Of a stretch of 64,000 nucleotides of DNA, positions 1 through 12,748 are shown piece by piece. Within the stretch, counting starts at the first letter, position 1. Every line of letters starts with the position of its first letter. A program made the position numbers and the translations under genes. This stretch comes from Podarcis cretensis (Eukaryota): assembly GCA_951804945.1 (NCBI GenBank), contig OX638151.1:64604001-64668000 (forward strand). The letters are read 5' to 3'. The notes beneath the pieces are model-generated. The model searched no databases, was not told the DNA's origin, and saw only the letters and a list, made by a program, of their open reading frames with translations.

Positions 1-204
1 AGTCAAAGGCCAACCCAAGCAGGTGGGAGTCACCCGTCCAGGTGAGCCCCCGCTCGGTGCTGCAAACCCCACCCACCTGTAGGGAAGGGAGGCTGGAAAT
101 TGAAGTTCTAATGTAAAGTTAAGCTATGGGCTACAATTCCTTTGCTTTCGCTTGCATATGTCCTCAAGGATACAAGCTGTTTGCAGCCTGCCAGCTTTCT
201 GTAC

Positions 205-325
205 CTGTGAGTATGTGGCAGAGCAGCTGCTTTGCATGCAGAAGGTCCCATGTTCAATTCCTGGCCTTTCCAGGTAGAGCTGGGAGAGGCACCTGCCTGA
301 GACCCTGGAGAGCTGCTGCCAGTCA
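205..325 (+). mobile_element. tRNA-Ala-derived SINE remnant
   Basis: GTGGCAGAGCA..GCTTTGCATGCAGAAGGTCCCATGTTCAATTCCTGGC resembles tRNA-Ala(TGC). A related piece lies at ~14868-15050. Confidence 0.55.
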
Positions 326-575
326 CAAAATACAGTTCCTAGGATGCCATGTGATTGTTAAAGTGGTATAACAGTGCTTTAAATGTATGGTGTATCTATG
401 GCCTCCACCCAGAGAATGGTCAGAAGGCATATAGCCTGGTTCTACTACTAAAGCTAAGAAGGTCTCGGGTCTTTTAAGGTGCTTGGGTGAAAGAAGCTCT
501 GGAGCAAGACCAGGGTATCTATTTAATAAATATTTCTTTGTATGTATGCTGCTATTTCCCACACTGAATGTTGTA

Positions 576-795
576 CAGTGGTACCTCAGGTTAAGAACTT
601 AATTCGTTCTGGAGGTCCGTTCTTAACCTGAAACCATTCTTAACCTGAGGTACCACTTTAGCTAATGGGGCCAGCCACTGCGCCGCCGCTGCACAATTTC
701 TGTTCTCATCCTGAAGCTAAGTTCTTAACGTGAGGTACTATTTCTGGGTTAGAGGAGTCTGTAACCTGAAGCGTCTGTAACCTGAGGTACCATTG
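576..795 (+). mobile_element. Tc1/mariner (Tigger/pogo-like) MITE, family A
   Basis: TIR CAGTGGTACCTCAGGTTA / TAACCTGAGGTACCATTG, flanked by TA. Five copies in the window. Confidence 0.85.
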
Positions 796-989
796 TATGT
801 GGCTACTGTAATACCTCTGAGTTGGTAATTCAGACACCAAAGCAGTGAAACCCCACACAGCTACTTGCTTGGTGTTGGCAAATTTTCACTTTGTTTGTTT
901 TGTTATTTTACTGTAAATATCAAGACCATAAAACGCTGCAGATAAAGCAAGGAGGCTGCTTTTCTGACTTTCTGATCCACAAATGACAT

Positions 990-1330
990 TACATAAGAAT
1001 ATAAGACATTACATAAGGGGAGGCTGCTGAATCAGGCCAGTGGCTCCTCTGGTCCAGCATCATGTTCTCACTGTGACCAACAAGATGCTATGAGAAGCCG
1101 GCAAAAAGCAGGAGCTGAGCAACACAGCACCCTCCTGCAATTTCTAGCAACTGGTATTCAGAAGCATATTGTAGAGGCAAAGAACAGCCATTGTGACTGG
1201 TAGTCATTGACAGTGTGCATGCACACGAAAGCTCATACCAATAACAAACTTAGTTGATCTCTAAGGTGCTACTGGAAGGAATTTTTTTATCCTCTATGAA
1301 TTTGTCTAATCTCTTTTGAAGTCACCACTG
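990..1330 (-). mobile_element. CR1-type LINE 3' end
   Basis: Reverse-complement homolog of 9615-9907 with a (CATAAGAA)-like tail. Confidence 0.6.
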
Positions 1331-1873
1331 CCTCCTGCAGTTCAAGTTTAGCTGTGTAACATGTATTTGTATCTTGCTATTCTACGCAGGAGCTCAATAT
1401 TGCGTTTGTTTCCCTCTCCTCTTCCTTCTATATTTGCATCAGCCCTGTGAGGCAGGCCAGGTTAAGTTAATATATGTACAGAAGCAGCAGTTCTTGTCAG
1501 AATACTGTGGGGCGGGGAATGCCAGGAGCCCAGTCCTCATACACTGTACCAAGCCCAAGAAATTATTTTAGTATCTCTCCTTTTTTGGGATACAGGGGGC
1601 AGAGCAAGAAACATTTGTATTCCTCGCTAAGACTGTGCATTCTTTACACAATAAACAAATAATCTGGAATGACTCTGCGTTATTGTTGTGTTGCAGCATA
1701 ATGGAAAGTTAGTGCTCAGGTACTTATAATTTTTCAGTGTGAAATGGCACATAGTGTATCACATTGAGAATAATCTGCAGGTACACTGATAGTTGTAATG
1801 AATAAATAGTAAGAAACACATTCATCTCCAAAGGGATCTATATGCAATGTTGGATTCCTTGTTGAATGAGTGC

Positions 1874-1874
<1 letters not shown>

Positions 1875-1932
<58 letters not shown>
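1875..1932. repeat. (TTTC)n microsatellite
   Basis: Seen directly. Confidence 0.95.
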
Positions 1933-3771
1933 TTAAGAAAAAGGTTCTCAAACTACCACACACAGGTAAGTTTCCAGTGGGTCAAAGGGATTAAGTGTGG
2001 TGATGGAATCAATTGTGTACATTGGGGGATGATGATCAAATTCCACCAATAGCATGTTAATTATTTAAAGTCTGTTAATATTTCATAATAGAGGTTCAGT
2101 TTCTCTGATCACTTTACTCTGAGGAGGAAAGATTCTCAAACACCACCAAAATACCTTTCAGTAGAGCTCTAACCCAAATGTTACTGCACAAGGGCATTCA
2201 GCTTGCTTTAACAATCAGCTTGTTCTGCCATGTTTCATATGAAAATATGCTCTGCATTTGTCTGGAAATAGGTAATTCTGCAAAAGCCCATTATGAAAGC
2301 TGCCACTTCCCATTGTCACTATCTGTCAATAAGAGCAGAACATCTATACACACAAAGGCAAATATTTTGATAAATGCATGCCATGAAGTGGTTTATTTAT
2401 TATGAGAATAGACATGCTCAGAAAGCAAAAACAGTCAATTCATTATTAGAAGATGAATGCCTCACCATGAGTTGTCATGTGTTTCATTTTGGGAACGTTG
2501 CATGTTTATGAACCATTATTCAAATAGTACAGCAAGCCTGCAACTTACACGCATTTAACTCGTGCTCATTTATCTTTACGTATGGTGCAAAAAAATTGAA
2601 AATTAAAAAGGGGAAAGAAAGTGGGTGGGGTTCAAGGAAAAATGAACCCAGTGTGTTTTGCTGGATTACTTTTTTTTGTTAATGCAAGATATATATAAAG
2701 AAACATTCACAATCCATGAACAGCAGGGTTAACTAGCTCAGTGATATCCATTTCATTTTTTTTGGGGGGGGGAGGGCTGAAATTGTATTCACATTTGTAT
2801 TGAGAGTCGCTCAGTCTCCAGAAGAAAAGATGCCTATAAAATGGACACAATTACATTTCATTGTTGTGTTGTGTTTTAATAAAATAACCCACTTGTAAAT
2901 GCATTTTTCAATTTATTTCATTGAAAAGAAAACAGTTGTTACGATGAATTGCTATATCAATGGTACATACGCTTTAACTAGAGCTGTGCAAGGCCTCCCA
3001 CTTTGCAGCCCAGTTCAGTCTTTCAGATGAGCTTCCCATTTCATTCAGAATCCTTTGCTCCTCTCACTGATGTGCATTACGAAACCAAAATGACCTTTAA
3101 TCACTTTATGGTTTTAATGTTGTGCAGAACGTATTTTATTGAATTAGCTGTATTCTGCCCTGGACTCCTTTAGGCTGAAGGGTAGTCTAGAAATGGGGCT
3201 GAGGGATGAATAAATGAATATGGCAGTTCCACTAGGGCTTGGTGTAATTACTCAGTGGTCACTGTTACCATTCCATCTACTTCCAATCTTCGGGGGGTGA
3301 ATGGCATTGCTACCCACCCAGAAGGGGGGGGGTATCAAAAGGCATGGGGAACACCAAGGCTTGCAGATACACAGTAAAAATGTTATGGGGGAAGCATGGT
3401 GGATGGGGTAGGGACTGCCAAAAACCCAGTGCAGCAGACTGAATGTGTTCTGTGGCCCTGTGATGAGAGGAGATGGAATGGGGTGGCTGAGGTCCTGAAC
3501 AACAGCCCATCACACGGCAACACTGTGCTGCAGTTCATACTTGTTACTTTCTAACAAAAAGACCAATGGAAGGAACTGAATCCTTTGTGCTATGGTGGCT
3601 CTAGATCTGGTTCAGAATGAGCACTGAAATGTCAACCACCATGCAAATCTTAACAGAGGAGGGTCACTTTTGAAGTACTTACAATGGGCAGGAAAGTGTC
3701 TTCATTTTTAAAATGTGGAGATGTGAATTCTACTACTACTGAGAAGCATATTGGCATCTTTCAAAGAAGTA

Positions 3772-3805
<34 letters not shown>

Positions 3806-4761
3806 TAGAAAGGGAAAAACGTTATTGAAATGGGACAACTAATGCTGGTTTTCTCTTCTTCGCTGCCCTCTCACCTGGGCTCAATAAGTGCAAGGCAGGA
3901 GTGAAAGATAATGATTTGCAGGATTGCACTGATGAGTAACACTTTCCAAAGGAAAACTGCCATCTGTCCAAAGTGTTAGGAAAGTGTCCTGGAATTGCTT
4001 CAGAGTTCAATGTGGCACTAAGAGACAGACTGAACCTCCATCGTCACGTGTAGCTACTCTCTGACTTTTTCAAAGCCAAAAGCAGCCTCCCAAGTTGCAG
4101 CTTGAAGCAGAGGAGGGGCAGAAGCATAGCTGTCAACGTTTTCCTTTTTTAAAGGGAAATTCCCTTATTCCGAATAGGATTCCTCGCAAGAAAAGGGAAA
4201 AGTTGACAGCTAGGGGCAGAAGGAGGAAGCTGTTTTCCCCTCCTCCCCCTCCAGTCAGGTTACCCACATCTCTTCCCTCCTGTGTGGAAAAGCAGCTGGG
4301 GGTGTGTGTGATTCTGAGCAGAAAATGAGCTGAAGGAACTGCTTGTGGTTTAGGCAGGCAGCCCCATAAGCCATTCCACTGTTGCAGCTCCCCACATCCC
4401 CAGTAACTTTTCCTTAAACAAAACAGGATGGGAATGTGTTGTAAATGTGTGCTGTTTAACATCTAGGTTGCCCTAAAATACAATAATAATGGAAAAAATA
4501 TTTCTAAAAAGTCCTAGTATCAGCTGCTACTGGTGAAAGAAAAAGAGAATGGGCATTTATTTACTTGGTTGTTTACATTAGTCACATATACCATTCCTGA
4601 GGCATAAAGGAGATGAAATAGAATGCCACCTGTCACATAATAGCAAGATTACCCGAAAGGACACATCTCTGTTCAAAAACAAGCAAGTCTTGTGGCAAAC
4701 AGATTTATTCTGGCATAAATGTGCACCAGGATAAACATGTTTGCTGTTAAGGTTCCACGAG

Positions 4762-4961
4762 CAGTGGTGGAGCTTCATGCTTCGGCACTGAGGGTTGGAG
4801 AGCAGGTGAGGGCAGGACCGGCGTGTGTCCTGGGGGCATGGTGCGCCACATGCGGGGGCGTGGCGCCCAGCGTGGGCAGGGGGCAGTCGTAATGGCACCC
4901 CACTGGGATCGCGCTGCCGGGGGTGGTGTGCTCCCCCTGCACTCCTCTTCCTCTGCCAGTG
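4762..4961. mobile_element. GC-rich hAT-type MITE
   Basis: Imperfect TIR CAGTGGTGGAG / CTCTGCCAGTG. 8-bp TSD (T/G)CCACGAG at 4754-4761 and 4962-4969. Confidence 0.7.
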
Positions 4962-5571
4962 GCCACGAGACTGTTGTTTGTGTTGTGACAAATGGAAATA
5001 TCTCCCCCTCCCAGATGACAGAGCAGTTATAAAAAGTTTCAGTAACTACTTTAGTGTTTAAGCAATTGGTACGAGCAGCTCATTCTAGGGGCCTGGGCAG
5101 TGTCATGCCCTGAGCAAAGTCCAGTTGCCACTATCATGGCAAGCAGCATGGAAGTGAATGTGAAAGCAGCCTACTGATCTTTGAAATGGGAGGTGCAAAG
5201 TCACCCTTCACATGCTAAGTAACTTGTTTTACTCTTTTCTTTCTCGTGCACCCAAAGTCCTTTGCAGAATGCCCAGGAACGGAGGAGAAATTCTATTTGG
5301 TTTGCACTTTGATGAGAAACTACCAAATTCACGTTTTTGAACCAACACACACACACACACCAGCTATCCTTCTCTGAATTTTGCAATGCTGCTCTCTAAC
5401 CAATGGAGATATATAGATTTGGGGCAAGTGTACATAAAAATGCATATATGGGTGAAGGTAATGTATGCAAAAATGCATTAGAGAAAATCACAGTAGGCTT
5501 CTATTATTCAAAACGGCATTAAAAATGTGTTCATTTGACAGTCATGCTAAAATGCTTAACATTTTCATGAG

Positions 5572-5610
<39 letters not shown>

Positions 5611-6351
5611 AATTGCTGCAGATATGTGGAAAGCTGAACATAAGACTGGAAACATGAAAAATGGAGAGAGACTGAATTTGAAGTATTTTCCCATGCCTAG
5701 AACTGCCTAACCCATTTACTCTGTAAAAGTTGGTTTTTACTTTCTGCAGAAATGCTGTGTGTATTTGATTTTAAAATGCCTCTGGTCCACTTCCTATTCC
5801 CTATTAATATCCTTTGTATGACTGCATGGAATAAGCTCAATGATACCTGCAGTGACATGTGAGAACACTCTTACATCTATGTCCACTTCCCTTATCGTGG
5901 GAGGAAATAGGTACTCAAGCCTGTTGTTCCTCATCCAATCTACCTGAAAAGCTCAGCATGTGACGAGGTTCGAGCTGGTTGTTTCCAGCTCAACTTTGTG
6001 CCTCTCTATGGCCATTCCTGCGTTCCGATACCAATATTTACAAACTTTTACCACTTTGTAACTAAGCTGCCTGTGCAGCTTTCTGAAGCACATGAACCAG
6101 ACCTTTGACCTTTGAAGAGTTTGTAAGTAAACCAGTTTTTAACTTATCAGATGTGTGGTCTTTTTCCTATGTTTTGGAAAGAAACCATTTAAGGGGACAT
6201 TTTAGAACTCTCTTAGGAGAGCATATTCTAAAGGCCTAACAGTCTATAATCCAATGCGTTACTTTGCTGCATATTTTGTGAGTTTAAATGCTGGAGTTCT
6301 TTTACCAAAGAGTAGTTGGCCCAAACTTGAATGTTGGCATCCAGGTATTCA

Positions 6352-6353
<2 letters not shown>

Positions 6354-6401
<48 letters not shown>

Positions 6402-6419
6402 GTGTGTGTGTGTGTGTGT
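6354..6419. repeat. Compound (CT)n(GT)n microsatellite
   Basis: Seen directly. Confidence 0.95.
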
Positions 6420-7069
6420 ACACTTACACATACACATATAGGTCAATACCAGCACCTTAAATGAATAATCAGCAAAATAACTGTGCATGCATTTTCATAC
6501 TTAGTATAATGTGTTTTCAGAAACACGTCTTATTTCTGGGTAACAGAGCACAGGATTGCAGCCTTAGTCCTCACTGTGAGCAGAGCAGCAGAAAACGAGG
6601 AGGCACAGTCACATGATCAGAATTGATGGCAGAATTGCTGTCCCTGAAGGAAACGGGGAAACCGCAATGGAGTGCATTGCTACTCTCTTACAGAGATGAA
6701 AATCAAAGGTGGCCATTTTTCAGAAAACTGGTTATACTCTTAACATCAGCAGGTATTAAACTGACATGCAGATGCACTTGATTCAATTCTTACTAAGCAG
6801 GCAGCCTGCTTCTGACAAGACACACTGGTATGACTATCAATCAGCAGGATTAATTTGATCTGTTGGCTGCAATCACATCAGAAGCACATTTAAATGGTGA
6901 CGGAAAGATGGCAGATCATAAAAGGGAGAAAGTACAAATTGTAAAATAAATACTAAATACAGAATGTGCATATGGCCATATAGAAGGCAGGACTAGTCCA
7001 AAATAATGTTATATGGATGCCATGGGCTTTTGTGTACTGCATATGATACAGTACAGCATAAATTTTAAC

Positions 7070-7146
7070 TCTGAATTCCTCCAGCAATTTTATTGCTTGT
7101 GATGCCGTCTATTGTATCACAGAGGTGAAGAAATGCTACCTTTAGT
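7070..7146 (-). other. Candidate terminal exon with stop codon and polyadenylation signal
   Basis: Acceptor atatttttctccaacag at 7147-7148. Joining to exon D gives G|AC TAA (stop at 7142-7144). AATAAA lies at 7089-7094 on the minus strand, followed by a GU-rich tract. The 3' end is approximate. Confidence 0.25.
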
Positions 7147-7427
7147 CTGTTGGAGAAAAATATAACGTTCAGGTCCTGTTTGCAGCAGGACAGTTTTATC
7201 ATTATTTTCAATGGGTCTTGCAGTAAGAATGGGGAATCTACTGAGGTCTTGTTCCTAACCATTAAGCTGGCTTTACTGATAGATTATTTATTTATTTTAG
7301 TGGTTTATTGAATTGCACAATGTCATCGTTTCTAAGCAGTGTACAACAAGCATAAAACGTTTACCAGAAAATCAGTTGAAAATAACCATAAGGTCAGGAA
7401 AAAAACTCACTTAAAATGCTACTACCA

Positions 7428-7466
<39 letters not shown>
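7428..7466. repeat. (AAT)n microsatellite
   Basis: Seen directly. Confidence 0.95.
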
Positions 7467-7467
<1 letters not shown>

Positions 7468-9321
7468 TGGGTCCACAATACTGATGACGTGTCTCCTAGT
7501 GGATATGATAGATCTGTGCCAATGACCTGTGATTTTATGTGGTTTTTATTGTATATATTCTTTTTATTGAAATTGCAGCATAGCTATAGATATGCGCGTC
7601 ATTGGGGAACCACTACAGTGGTCATCATGTGATGTTTTTGAGATATTAGTTGCTGTGTGGTGTCCTCATGACTTCCTCCTACGTACAACTGTACTTCAGT
7701 AGAGCACATGTGACAGAGAAAAGCTCTGGGATACCATAAATAGTGGGGAAAGCTCTTAGGGAGCCCTGTTTACAGCACAAATACCGGTACTTTATTTTAA
7801 GCACCTAAGGGCCATTGCAGTAAATAGGTTAGTCCAAGAGTGAGTGGATTGAGCTTTGCCATCAATTAAATGACAACAGATAGATCTATAGCTAAGAGCT
7901 GTGCTCCAGCAACATGATTCTGGGTGGCCTAAGGGAGAGCTTTTATTCAGCAGCTAACATAAAGAGCTTATTTTCTTCTTAAGGTTTGCATTCAAGTGCA
8001 TAAACTACCGCCTTCCAAGGGGCAAGAAATTGGTCCAGTGTTCCCGCTGAATAACAGAGCCATTGTTAAACACATAATGTTCGAATGCAATGGGCGCATA
8101 CCTTTCGATGCGCCCGCTATCAGATGTGGAACTCTGACCTTTCAAAATATATGGAAAGTGACATATTGTAAATGACACATGCAATCAGCGAGAACTAATG
8201 AAGTGGAAGACTCGATGATATGAAAGGAACATCTCAGACAAAGAGTTATGCACCTTTTTGCAGAGCCCATTGCAGGGCTATGGAACACAACATAAATATA
8301 CAGTACGCTAAGAAGGAACGTTTCTTCATAAATTATTGTACAGTACAACCATTCCCCCCCCCGTAGAATGTTTGTCTTTGTTCAGAACTATGTTTAGTCA
8401 ATGCATTTTATAAATTCTATATATGAATTTTACTTCACAACACAGTTAGAAATAAAAATCTATTATATATTTTGGAAAGCTGTTTGTTTGCTGTGTATTT
8501 GAACACCTCTTAAAATAAGGTAAGCAAACATTTTGCTGAGATCAAGGAGCATGTTTTCATCTATGTTTGGATGCCATTTTGACCCAAGATAGCAGACTGA
8601 ATCATTCAAAAAGACACTGATTTTAGCAACTGAATTAAAAACTGAAATGATTTTTAGGTTTCTTAGAATAATCAGACAATGCCAGTTAATTATAAATAAC
8701 TAAATAAATCCATGCAAAAAAAAAAAAAAAAGATGACTTACTTTGCCATGCCATATTGACAGACCAATATGGCTACTGTTTTGGAAAGCAAGTGAAAGTA
8801 ATTAATTTTGACTTTAGTGTGCTATTTTTATACACACATGCATGCACATGGCAGACACCCACAATTTGTTCTCAGGCAGTTGAGGAAAAACTCCCTCCCC
8901 TCCTCCTGAAAACTCTACAACTAGGAAATAAGGGGAGGAATCAGCTCATTCATATCAAATAAAATACTAACCCTCCCAAGAAGGGAGAAATACTCAGCTA
9001 AATTAGAGGAGGAAGCAAACAGGAAGGAAGGAACTCTGATGGGGTGGAAGAATGGGGAGCTTCAGGAAGCACTGAGGTCTGGGGCCACATGATCTGAAGG
9101 ACTATCTCTGCTCACATGAACCATCCTTGACCTTGTAGTCATCAAGGCAACACAACTGTGACATTCCCAGAAACAGTCATTTGGGCTTCTGATTTGATTT
9201 GGAAATGCCCTGGAAATGGAGCAGGGCCCAGGCTGCCTGGGTAGAGGCAGGGTTGTGGGGAAAATCTTAGAGACCTCCAGCCTCCTTCCCAAAGTCTGTA
9301 GCTTGCTGCTACAGCCGCAAG

Positions 9322-9568
9322 CAGAGGATAGCACCGCCGTCTGTACAGCGCTCGGGCGGCGCCAGTGGCAAACTGCTATGTACACTGCTATGTGCGGTGT
9401 CGCAAGCATGCGCTGTATGTAGTGCCGCCGCACATATGCCCCACGTAGTGATGCCACGCATGCATCATACGTAGCGATGCCATGCATGCGCTGTACGTAG
9501 CGGCGCAATGCGTGTGCAGCCGGCGGTTTGCCCCACGCTGGGTGTCGGTTAGCCTTTGTTCGCCCCTG
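9322..9568. mobile_element. CpG-rich probable non-autonomous DNA element with an internal 26-bp minisatellite
   Basis: Abrupt CpG-rich block ending CGCCCCTG. Four units of ~GCATGCGCTGTACGTAGCGATGCCAC at 9406, 9432, 9458 and 9484. Confidence 0.45.
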
Positions 9569-9614
9569 GGAGCAGGAAGGTGCACATCCTAGTTTCTGCG
9601 GTCAACATGTTGGA

Positions 9615-9907
9615 GGGTATGGCAGTGATGGCTACCAACCTGGATGGTATTAAAAGAGGATTAAACAAATTAATGGATTATAAGTCTATCAATGATGAAA
9701 ACTATGCTCTGCCTCCATGGACTGTGGGGCAATGCTCTGCTTCCATGGTCAGATATAGTATGCTTCTGAATACCAGTTGCCAGAAACTGCAGCAAGGGAG
9801 AGTGCTCTTGTGCTCAGGTCCTGCTGGCAAATTTCCCCTGAGCATCTGGTTGGACACTGTGAGTACTGAATGCTGGACTAGATGAGGGATTGGCCTGATC
9901 CAGCAGA
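9615..9907 (+). mobile_element. CR1-type LINE 3' end
   Basis: GATGGCTACCAACCTGGATGG..AAAAGAGGATTA..GCTGGACTAGATG..GGCCTGATCCAGCAG. Homologous to 990-1330 (-), 24895-24990 (-) and 25270-25400 (+). Confidence 0.65.
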
Positions 9908-10173
9908 AGAATAAGAAGAAGAAGAAGAAGAGGAGGAGGAGGAGGAGTTTGGATTTGGTATCCCGCCTTTCACTCCCCTTCAGGAGTCTCAAAGTGGCTA
10001 ACATTCTCCTTTCCCTTCCTCCCCCACAACAAACACTCTGTGAGGTGAGTGGGGCTGAGAGACTTCAGAGAAGTGTGACTGGCCCAAGGTCACCCAGCAG
10101 CTGCATGTGGAGGAGCGGAGACGCGAACCCGGTTCCCCAGATTACGAGACTACCGCTCTTAACCACTACACCG
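9908..10173 (-). mobile_element. tRNA-derived SINE (Squam3-like), young, with a (CTC/CTT)n tail
   Basis: The minus strand starts GTGTAGTGGTTAAGAGC..GGGTTCG, carries the core GGGTGACCTTGGGCCAGTCAC, and ends in a microsatellite tail. It interrupts a CR1 3' end. Confidence 0.75.
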
Positions 10174-11349
10174 TACAGACTCATCTTATGTATGTATGGC
10201 AAGTTGTGTTAGGACTGGCGTCCGTGCACGCGTGTGTGCACACACACACACATACAATGGATGAGTTTTTAGGTTTCCATTTTGTTGTTTTCTCTACTTG
10301 GTTTTAATGGCTGTATCATTTTGTAAGTCACTTTGGACAACTTTTCACGAAAAAAGTGACTACTACATGCATATATTATTGCAAATGATGTTGATACCCT
10401 GGGGCCACGGGTTTGTACATTTATTTAAAAGATGAGAACTTAAAGTACTATAACTTGCAGAAGATTTGCTTTGTCTCAAGATTATTCCAGAAGCATCTAC
10501 GTAGGAAAACAAAAGCAAAAGCAAAAGCAAAACAAGCCTCTTGAAAAACAATGGCGATTACATCACTGTGTGGGTCAAATGGGAAATGGAAAACATGGCA
10601 CTGTAATAATGTGAGTCATTCTGTTGCACTCTAACCATTCCTCAGACGCATGGGTTCACTTGCTGACATATGTTTTGTACAATTGCGAAAAGTACAATGC
10701 CAGGGGAGATGTCCTTGCTCATTTGCTCCTGCCAAGATTGACTCTTAACTGATAATTGGGTTCTCCACTTTCCAGGCAAGCTCTCCCTTTTTCACGCAGT
10801 GCCCGTTCATTAATCGAGAGACATAAACCTGTGCAAACCATTTATCTAACTGATTTCCTTATTTGCCTTAACTAAATTGCTCACACAGTTAGTCTCTTTT
10901 TAAAAACTGTAATCACTGGGATGAAAGATGCCAACTTTTTTCTAGGTGGTCTTTAATGCTTTTAACATCTCCACTATAGAGACAAAATTCCTCTATCATG
11001 GCATCTCTTTGCTGAGGAAAGATTCAGCGCCCGAATTTCTGCTTCTCATGCCATTTGTTGAAAGCACAGGAGTCACGATGGAAGAGAAAGAAAGAACGAC
11101 AACTCTGTATAAATAGCACTGCTTCTGCTAAAGGCCTTAGAGCAGAGGCAATTAGAAGGATATGGCATCTCTAGAATGTTGGATTGATGGTACGCTGGCA
11201 CCCAGAAGTTACCCTAGTGACATTTTTCCTGGCATGGAGACAAGAGCTGTGAAAGGAAATTAGGGTACTACAGGTACCCTAATCTCGGTGTGCCAGGCAG
11301 CTGCTAAAAGTACAGGAGCATAGCTAGTGGGAAAAGCGGTATCCATATA

Positions 11350-11591
11350 CAGTGGTACCTCGGGTTAAGTACTTAATTCGTTCCGGAGGTCCGTTCTTAA
11401 CCTGAAACTGTTCTTAACCTCAAGCACCACTTTAGCTAATGGGGCCTCCTGCTGCTGCTGTGCTGCTGGAGCACGATTTCTGTTCTCATCCTGAAGCAAA
11501 GTTCTTAACTTGAAGCACTATTTCTGGGTTAGCGGAGTCTGTAACCTGAATCGTCTGTAACCTGAAGCGTATGTAACCCGAGGTACCACGG
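11350..11591 (+). mobile_element. MITE family A
   Basis: CAGTGGTACCTCGGGTTA TIR, TA flanks, same internal sequence as 576-795. Confidence 0.85.
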
Positions 11592-12578
11592 TAGCATATT
11601 TCAGTCTAACCTATCTCACAGGCTACATTAAACGAGGCTAAAACCTTGTTATGTCTAACCTACCTCACATATGTTAGGTCATGAGGCTAAAACTATACCC
11701 TTGGAGCTGTTAAGAAGAAGCAGGGATGCAAATGAGAAGAAAAACAGTGGATGCATATGTACAGTAGAAGCACATTAACCTGCTTCTCCAAAGAATCATG
11801 GGAATTGCAGTTTGCTAAGGGTACTGGAAATTATAGCATGTGGCAAACTACAAACTGTAAGATCTTGGTGGAATTACAAGTCCCATCAGCCCAAGCAAGG
11901 ATGAGCAGTGGCCAGGGATGTTGGGAGTTGTAGTTCAACAATGTTTGAAGAATCAAATGTCCCCCATACCTGCCATACATAGTTGCTAGGGGAGTTTACT
12001 ACAAACAAACCAGAGACTAGTTGAACAATTGCTATGGGTTCTGTAGAATTGGCTGAAATGATTTTGCCATTCTCTTCCCCGCAACACTTCTGAGCGAGTG
12101 CATGATACTGACAGGGCATGCATTTGTGCAAAGAACAGTAGAACTGTGGGGTCAACCTATTACAGGGTTGAACAAGTGGGTTGCCAATGTACAAAGAAGC
12201 CTTCTCAGAAATTCCCATGCTACACCTTGCCAAGTAGGTGGTTGCCTGATTTACATTTTTTTTAAAGACACGGGAGCTGACAATTACTGAAGACGATTAC
12301 AACCCTAACCCTGTCAGTGAGTAACTAAAATCTTTTGTAATCTGAAGGTGTAACAAGAAATATAGTTCCTTTTAATTTGCAGGTTTAATTCCCCAGCTTT
12401 CCTGAAGGTGGGAAATAAGTTCATAAATGTCACTTTCTTTGTGAAGGAGCTTACTGATATAGAACACACAATCCTGAAATGCAAGATACATTCCCAAATT
12501 CATCTGCCACCCATGAAGGTTTATTGAGCATGATCTTCCTGAAGTAAAAGTCTTAAAAGGTGCTGACTGTACATTTAC

Positions 12579-12748
12579 CAGTATCAGTAAGAAAAGAAAG
12601 ATTATGCAGCAATCCTGATGAGTTCTTCTCATTTCTGACGGGCACTCTTTCTCTGGCCACATATATACTCAAGAATCCGGGAAGCAGAATGGCATCACAG
12701 AGAAGAATATAGCATCTTCTTATCAGACTTGTGTCCTTGAACAAGAAC
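12579..12748 (-). CDS. Candidate exon D (FLFKDTSLIRRCYILLCDAILLPGFLSIYVARERVPVRNEKNSSGLLHNLSFLTDT)
   Basis: 170 nt, open in the frame required by exon C (AG|G = Arg). Donor CTG|GTAAAT; the acceptor (catgttaaag) is weak. Confidence 0.35.

Noticed and set aside
4762-4961. CpG-island promoter
   Set aside because: Only 200 bp long and bounded by TIRs and an 8-bp TSD, so it is a MITE.
8139-8277. Minus-strand exon between candidate exon D and the terminal exon
   Set aside because: Stops in all three frames and a weak donor.
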